Assembly (NCBI GenBank): GCA_945876945.1
Contig: CAMCQE010000001.1
Coordinates: 18,566 to 82,565 of the forward strand
Reading direction: 5' to 3'
Source of the DNA: Klebsiella pneumoniae
GTDB lineage: Bacteria > Pseudomonadota > Gammaproteobacteria > Ga0077536
Length of the DNA stretch: 64,000 nucleotides
The notes below the pieces were generated by a model. That model saw only the letters and a program-made list of their open reading frames with translations, was not told where the DNA came from and ran no database searches. The position numbers and the translations under genes are program-made. Positions 59,018-64,000 of the stretch are shown here, piece after piece (the stretch's first letter is position 1; each line of letters starts with the position of its first letter).

Positions 59018-59938
59018 ATGAGCTACGCGGATCGCGACGGCGTGATCTGGATGGACGGTGCAATGGTGCCCTGGCGCGACGCGAACACGCACGTGCTGAC
59101 CCATTCACTGCACTACGCAACCGGCGCCTTCGAAGGCATCCGTGCGTACAAAACCGATCGCGGCACAGCCATTTTCCGGCTGGGCGAACACATCCGGCGC
59201 CTGTACGACACGGCGCATATCCTCGGCATGAAAATGACCCTGGAGCGCAGCGAGATTGAGCAAGCCTGCGTGGACTGCGTGCGCGAGAACAAACTCGAAA
59301 CCGCCTACCTCCGCCCGCTGGCCTACTACGGCTCCGAAGGTATGGGCCTGCACGCGGCAGGCCTCTCGGTGCACGTGGTGGTGGCGGCCTGGTTTTGGGG
59401 CGCGTACCTCGGGGGCGACGCGCTGGAAAAAGGCATCCGCATCAAGACCTCTTCCTTCACGCGTAATCACGTCAACAGCGTGCTGTCGAAAGCGAAAGCG
59501 ACCGGCAACTACCTGAACTCCATCATGGCGCTGCAAGACGCCGCGCGTGACGGTTACGACGAAGCCCTGCTGCTCGACAAGGACGGCATGGTGGCGGAAG
59601 GCAGCGGCGAGAACATTTTCATCGTGCGCAAAGGCGTGCTGTACACGCCGGATCCGGTCTGTGCGCTGGAAGGCATCACCCGCGACACCATCATGCAGCT
59701 CGCCCACGAGGCCGGCATCAAGGTGGTGGAAAAGCGCTTCACCCGCGATGAAATCTACATCGCCGACGAAGCCTTCTTCACCGGTACGGCGGCCGAAGTC
59801 ACCCCCATTCGTGAGCTCGACAACCGCGCCATTGGCGAAGGCAAACCGGGCCCGGTCACCAAGCTGCTGCAGTCTGCTTACCTCGACACCGTGCAAGGTA
59901 AGCGCGCCTGCCCCGAAGGCTGGCTGACCTACGTCTGA
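59018..59938 (+). CDS. ilvE: Branched-chain amino acid aminotransferase
   Basis: Fold-type IV PLP enzyme, NYLNS lysine-region motif. 306 aa. Confidence 0.95.
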   Translation: MSYADRDGVIWMDGAMVPWRDANTHVLTHSLHYATGAFEGIRAYKTDRGTAIFRLGEHIRRLYDTAHILGMKMTLERSEIEQACVDCVRENKLETAYLRPLAYYGSEGMGLHAAGLSVHVVVAAWFWGAYLGGDALEKGIRIKTSSFTRNHVNSVLSKAKATGNYLNSIMALQDAARDGYDEALLLDKDGMVAEGSGENIFIVRKGVLYTPDPVCALEGITRDTIMQLAHEAGIKVVEKRFTRDEIYIADEAFFTGTAAEVTPIRELDNRAIGEGKPGPVTKLLQSAYLDTVQGKRACPEGWLTYV

Positions 59939-59951
59939 GCCTGCTCCGCAG

Positions 59952-60860
59952 GTGAAGCCCGCGACCGTAGTCTGGCGCTTTCGTGACGGCAAAGCCGGCC
60001 ATGAGCGACAGACTGCGGGGCTGCTGTCCGCACTCGCGACACAGCGGCCTATTACCGTTATCGAAATCAACGCCCGTGAGTTTCCTCGCGCGTGGTGGGC
60101 GTGGCTGCGCGGGATCTGGCCGGCGCGGCCAGGCCTGGCAGTGCCGGATCTGGTGGTGGGTGCGGGCAGTGCCTGCGCGTGGCCCATGCTGGCGGCGGCG
60201 CGGGCATTTGGTGCCCGCAGTGTCTACCTGATGAACCCCTCGCTGCCGCGCGGACTGTTCGACCTATGCCTTGTGCCACGCCACGACGGCGTGCCCGCCA
60301 GTGCGCGCGTGATGCTGACCGAAGGCGTGTTGAATGACCTTGTGCCGTCTTCAGGACCGCGCAGCGGGGCGACGCTGGTGCTGGTCGGCGGCCCGTCTCG
60401 TCACCATCGCTGGGACGAAGCGGGCTTGCTCGGGCAAATTGATCGCTTGCACGACTCGCTGGGTGAAACATCGCTCGTGATAACCGACTCACGCCGCACC
60501 CCGCCCAGCACCACGGCGCAACTCGTGCAGCGCGTGGGCGATGGCGTGCACTTCGTATCCCACACGACGTGTGGTCCAGACTGGCTGCGCGAGGCGCTGA
60601 TGCGAGCCCCTGCGGCGTGGGTCACTGCCGACAGTGTCTCCATGCTGTTTGAAGCGCTGAGCGCCGGCTGCGCGGTGGGGGTGCTGGAGGTGCCGGCGCG
60701 CCGCGCAGACCGCATTACGCGCATCGCCTCCACCTTGCTTGCAGAATCCCGCGTCCTGTCGCTCGCGCAATGGCAGGCGACCGGCGAATGGCCGCCACAT
60801 CCGCCGCTCGCCGAGGCCGCACGCTGTGCCGTGCGCGTCGCGGCCGAACTGGCGCACTGA
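59952..60860 (+). CDS. ELM1/DUF1022-family protein (putative glycosyltransferase-like)
   Basis: N-terminal …RDGKAGHERQTAGLLSAL matches the bacterial Mito_fiss_Elm1 signature region. Sits where waaF is in Pseudomonas. Confidence 0.45.
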   Translation: MKPATVVWRFRDGKAGHERQTAGLLSALATQRPITVIEINAREFPRAWWAWLRGIWPARPGLAVPDLVVGAGSACAWPMLAAARAFGARSVYLMNPSLPRGLFDLCLVPRHDGVPASARVMLTEGVLNDLVPSSGPRSGATLVLVGGPSRHHRWDEAGLLGQIDRLHDSLGETSLVITDSRRTPPSTTAQLVQRVGDGVHFVSHTTCGPDWLREALMRAPAAWVTADSVSMLFEALSAGCAVGVLEVPARRADRITRIASTLLAESRVLSLAQWQATGEWPPHPPLAEAARCAVRVAAELAH

Positions 60861-60866
60861 CAGACC

Positions 60867-62006
60867 ATGCGTCTCACCGTTGCCCAGCTCCTGCCAGAAC
60901 TCGAAGTTGGCGGCGTTGAGCAGGGCACGCTGGAAATCGCCGAAGCGCTGGTCGCGGCGGGTCATCGTGCGCTGGTCATTTCAGCCGGCGGCCGACTGGT
61001 GGCGAAACTCGAAGCACTCGGCGCCACGCATATTGCCCTGCCCATTGGCCGCAAACGGCTCTCTTCGCTGCGACTCATCGGACGCCTCAGGGAAACCTTC
61101 CGGCGCGAGCGGGTGGATGTCGTTCACGCCCGCTCGCGTTTGCCGGCCTGGCTCGGCTGGTGGGCGCGACAGGGCTTAGCCGTGGCAGAGCGCCCGCGCT
61201 GGGTCACCACCGTGCACGGCCCTTACACGGTGAACCGCTACAGCCGAATCATGGTGAGCGGCGAGCAGGTGATCGCCATTTCGCAGTTCATTCACGATTA
61301 CATCACCGGGTCTTATCCCGGCGTGGACGCGGCGCGGATTACGCTCATCCCGCGCGGCGTCGCGCCCGAACGTTGGCCCTACGGCTTTGTGCCCGACGCC
61401 GCCTGGCAAGCAGATTGGACGCGCGCGCACCCGGCTCTCGCCGGCAAGGCCTTGCTGGTATTGCCGGGCCGGCTCACGCGCTGGAAAGGTCAGGAGGATT
61501 TCTTGCAGCTAATGGCGCGCCTCAAGGCGCAGGGGCTGCTGGTGCATGGGCTACTGGCCGGCGGCGCGCATCCGCGCAAACAGGCGTTTGAGCAGGAATT
61601 GCGCGCGCTGGCGGCAAGGCTGGGCGTCGCCGATGCCGTCACTTTTCTCGGGCAGCGAAGCGATTTGCGGGAAGTGATGGCGATGAGTGCCTGCGCGTTT
61701 TCGCTGACCGGTGAACCCGAGGCCTTTGGGCGAACGACCATCGAAGCCTTAAGTCTCGGCACACCCGTGATTGGCTATGACCACGGCGGCACGGGCGAGA
61801 TCCTGCGCGAGGTGTTACCCGCCGGGCTCGTAGCGGTGGGCGATCTGGACGCCGTCGCCGCGCGTACCGCGCAGTTTCTCCAGGCGCCGCCGAGCGTCCC
61901 GGTAACGCATCCTTTCACCACCGAACGGCTGCAGAGCGCCACGCTTGGGGTCTACGCAGACCTCTGCACCCGCCTCGGCCGGCCCCGCTGGTCGCTGAGC
62001 GACTGA
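60867..62006 (+). CDS. Family 4 glycosyltransferase (LPS core, WaaG-like)
   Basis: GT-B fold with C-terminal EX7E-like region (EPEAFGRTTIEALSLGTPVI). Confidence 0.8.
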   Translation: MRLTVAQLLPELEVGGVEQGTLEIAEALVAAGHRALVISAGGRLVAKLEALGATHIALPIGRKRLSSLRLIGRLRETFRRERVDVVHARSRLPAWLGWWARQGLAVAERPRWVTTVHGPYTVNRYSRIMVSGEQVIAISQFIHDYITGSYPGVDAARITLIPRGVAPERWPYGFVPDAAWQADWTRAHPALAGKALLVLPGRLTRWKGQEDFLQLMARLKAQGLLVHGLLAGGAHPRKQAFEQELRALAARLGVADAVTFLGQRSDLREVMAMSACAFSLTGEPEAFGRTTIEALSLGTPVIGYDHGGTGEILREVLPAGLVAVGDLDAVAARTAQFLQAPPSVPVTHPFTTERLQSATLGVYADLCTRLGRPRWSLSD

Positions 62007-62012
62007 AGCGAT

Positions 62013-62978
62013 ATGTCGGTCCTCGTCATCAAACAAGGCGCGCTGGGCGATGTGATCATGGCGACGGCGCTGATTGATGCCATCGTCCGTGGACATCCGG
62101 AGTCCTCGGTCTGTTTGCTGACCACGCCGCCCTTTGCGGGACTGTTCGCGGCGTGGCCAGGGCTTGAAGTCGTGAGCTTCCCGCGCAAGGGCTGGCGCGC
62201 GGTGGCCAGCACCTTGCGCTGGATGCGCGCCCGCCGGTTCCGTCGCGTGTACGACTTGCAGGGCAACGACCGCACGGCGCTGCTCTGTGCGCTGTCGGGC
62301 ATTCCGGAACGCGTGGGCTCGCACACGCGATTCCCCTACAACCTCCATCCCGCCACCCGCTGGGACGCGCAGAGCCACGTTTTTCTGCGGCTCAATGCGG
62401 TGCTGGACGCCGCCGGGATAGCGCCAGCCGCGCCGCGGCCACGCCTGCCCTGCGCCGCCGCCGCGCGCGACGAGGTCGAGGCTTTCATGCAAACGCACGC
62501 GCTACGACGAGCGGGCTTCGTGGTGATGCACGCCGGCGCCAGTCGGACGCGGCAGGACAAATGCTGGCCGGGCTTTGAGGCCCTCGCCCAGACGCTGCTG
62601 GCGGCCGGTCTGGCAATCGTCTGGCTGGGCGGGTCGGACGACGTTGAGCGGAATGCCGCGCTGGCGGCGAAACTTGGCATTGATGCGACGGGTCGCTTCA
62701 GCATTCCGCAACTGGCGGCGCTGGCCAGCCACGCGCGCTTCGCGGTGACCAATGACTCCGGGCCGATGCACGCCTGCGCGGCGGCCGGTGTTCCGGTGTT
62801 CGCCTTGTTCGGCCCCTCTGACTGGCGACGCAATCACGCGTTGGGGCAAGGTGAGAACGTCATTGCCGGCGTGGAACTGCTGCCCGACCTTTATGGTTTA
62901 CGCACCAGCGACTGTCTGGCGCGAATCACGCCCGAGCACGTCCTGACGATAATTCGGGCGCGAGGTCTGCTCGGCTGA
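62013..62978 (+). CDS. ADP-heptose:LPS heptosyltransferase (GT9, WaaC/WaaF family)
   Basis: MSVLVIKQGALGDVIMATALI N-terminus and C-terminal NDSGPMHACAAAGVP motif. Confidence 0.8.
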   Translation: MSVLVIKQGALGDVIMATALIDAIVRGHPESSVCLLTTPPFAGLFAAWPGLEVVSFPRKGWRAVASTLRWMRARRFRRVYDLQGNDRTALLCALSGIPERVGSHTRFPYNLHPATRWDAQSHVFLRLNAVLDAAGIAPAAPRPRLPCAAAARDEVEAFMQTHALRRAGFVVMHAGASRTRQDKCWPGFEALAQTLLAAGLAIVWLGGSDDVERNAALAAKLGIDATGRFSIPQLAALASHARFAVTNDSGPMHACAAAGVPVFALFGPSDWRRNHALGQGENVIAGVELLPDLYGLRTSDCLARITPEHVLTIIRARGLLG

Positions 62979-63030
62979 ACGAGACTTTTCGGCGTCGAAA
63001 ATGACGGTGCGCCACTCAGGAGAACGCCAG

Positions 63031-63672
63031 ATGACCAGCCCCTTAGTCCAACATTTTTTCGACTACAAAAGCCCTTACGCCTATCTGGCGCAGCACGCCA
63101 CCGACAGCCTTGAGCGTGAGTTCGGTATCACCGTTGAGCGCCTGCCCTACACGCTCGACATCCCCAGTTATCTGGGCAAGGCCGAAGTGGATGCCGAGGG
63201 CCGGGTGTTACTGGAAGAACGCAATGCGCATCAATGGCGGCGGGTGCGCTACGCCTATATGGACTGTCGCCGTGAGGCGACGCGGCGCGGGCTGGTCTTA
63301 CGCGGACCGCGCAAAGTGTTTAACAGCGCGGCGGCGCATATGGCCTTTTTGTACACCGTAGAAACCGGCGACTGGCGGCGCTTCCACGACGCGGTATTTG
63401 CCCGGTTCTGGACGCGCGAACTCGATCTGGAAGACCCCGCCGCGCTGGCGCCGCTGATCGAACTGGCCGGCGCCGATGCTTCAGAATTTGCGCACTGGCA
63501 GACGGACAAAGGCCTGCTTCGCTACCAGCAAATTCAACAGGAGGCTGAGCGCTGCGGCGTGTTTGGCGTGCCCAGCTGGCGGGTAGAGGGCGAATTGTTC
63601 TGGGGCTCGGAACGGCTCGACCGCGTCGGCGAGCGGATCGCCGGTGCGCTGAAAACGCGTGCCCCGAAATGA
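63031..63672 (+). CDS. DsbA-like 2-hydroxychromene-2-carboxylate isomerase family protein
   Basis: FFDYKSPYAYLA N-terminus and C-terminal CGVFGVPSW…GELFWGSERLD pattern typical of HCCA isomerase/FrnE. Confidence 0.65.
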   Translation: MTSPLVQHFFDYKSPYAYLAQHATDSLEREFGITVERLPYTLDIPSYLGKAEVDAEGRVLLEERNAHQWRRVRYAYMDCRREATRRGLVLRGPRKVFNSAAAHMAFLYTVETGDWRRFHDAVFARFWTRELDLEDPAALAPLIELAGADASEFAHWQTDKGLLRYQQIQQEAERCGVFGVPSWRVEGELFWGSERLDRVGERIAGALKTRAPK

Positions 63673-63695
63673 CCACCGCACGGTAAACGCGCGGC

Positions 63696-63998
63696 TCAGG
63701 GGCGCTCGAGCAGAATGAATTTTTCGGAGCGCGCACGCTCGGGCCAGCCGAGCGGCGCAACCGTGTTCAGCATCCGGGCCGTGCGGGGAAACAGTACGAA
63801 GCGGGTAGATGCGGGTAGGGCGCCGCTCGTCGGCAGCTTGAGTGCGCTGGGGAGCTTAAGTCCGAAGTAGAAATAGACGGCGTCCGGGATCGGGTCGTTG
63901 CGCCGCGGTTCATTCGGTTTGGGGATCCGCTCAACCATCAGCAGCGTGTTCGCCGGCGTGAGCTCGCCGCGCTCGGCGAGTGCGACGATCGCCTGCAA
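63696..63998 (-). CDS. Hypothetical protein, 5' end beyond window edge (partial)
   Basis: ORF runs to the window end. No confident family. Confidence 0.3.
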   Translation of the reverse strand: MQAIVALAERGELTPANTLLMVERIPKPNEPRRNDPIPDAVYFYFGLKLPSALKLPTSGALPASTRFVLFPRTARMLNTVAPLGWPERARSEKFILLERP

Positions 63999-64000
63999 GC

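Noticed and set aside
59105-60187. 360-aa minus-strand ORF across ilvE
   Set aside because: Antisense shadow of ilvE.

Overview
This window reads as a high-GC gammaproteobacterial chromosome (inference from codon bias, protein families and gene order), almost fully coding. About 60 CDS and one tRNA are supported; no rRNA, CRISPR array, integrase or transposase was found.

Most of the window is housekeeping with Pseudomonas-like synteny:
- gshB, then hemC-hemD-hemX-hemY, with phosphoribulokinase convergent and msbA downstream.
- A minus-strand block aroQ-accB-accC-prmA-(Zn-ribbon/DUF3426)-dusB-fis-purH-purD.
- A tlpA-dsbD-cutA redox block, then glnE-ilvE followed by LPS-core glycosyltransferases.

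Autotrophy markers are prk and a cbbQ/cbbO (or norQ/norD) pair sitting beside a membrane-anchored diheme cytochrome c.

Four regions look accessory or non-standard and deserve follow-up:
1. A tightly coupled minus-strand operon (12.66-18.69 kb) of hopanoid side-chain tailoring homologues, hpnK-hpnL-hpnI-hpnJ. It is extended at the 3' end by a PaaK/CapK-like adenylate-forming ligase and faces a divergent Baeyer-Villiger/flavin monooxygenase. No squalene-hopene cyclase is present in the window.
2. A tRNA-Arg(CCG)-flanked stretch (35.06-39.26 kb). It holds a lower-GC spacer, small secreted proteins (one with a VPLPA/PEP-CTERM-like tail), a Pro/Glu-rich protein with a 96-bp tandem repeat, and an orphan ShlB/FhaC-type TpsB outer-membrane transporter with a TTG start and no TpsA partner.
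3. A gene built almost entirely from 48-bp tandem repeats, encoding a signal-peptide-bearing DNDGQWD (thrombospondin-type-3-like, putatively Ca-binding) repeat peptide.
4. A secreted metallophosphoesterase with atypical composition inserted after msbA.

A tgpA-DUF58-moxR module, a detox-like cluster (esterase, VOC, nitroreductase, YqjG-GST) and a 513-bp structured intergenic region with nested inverted repeats are also noted.
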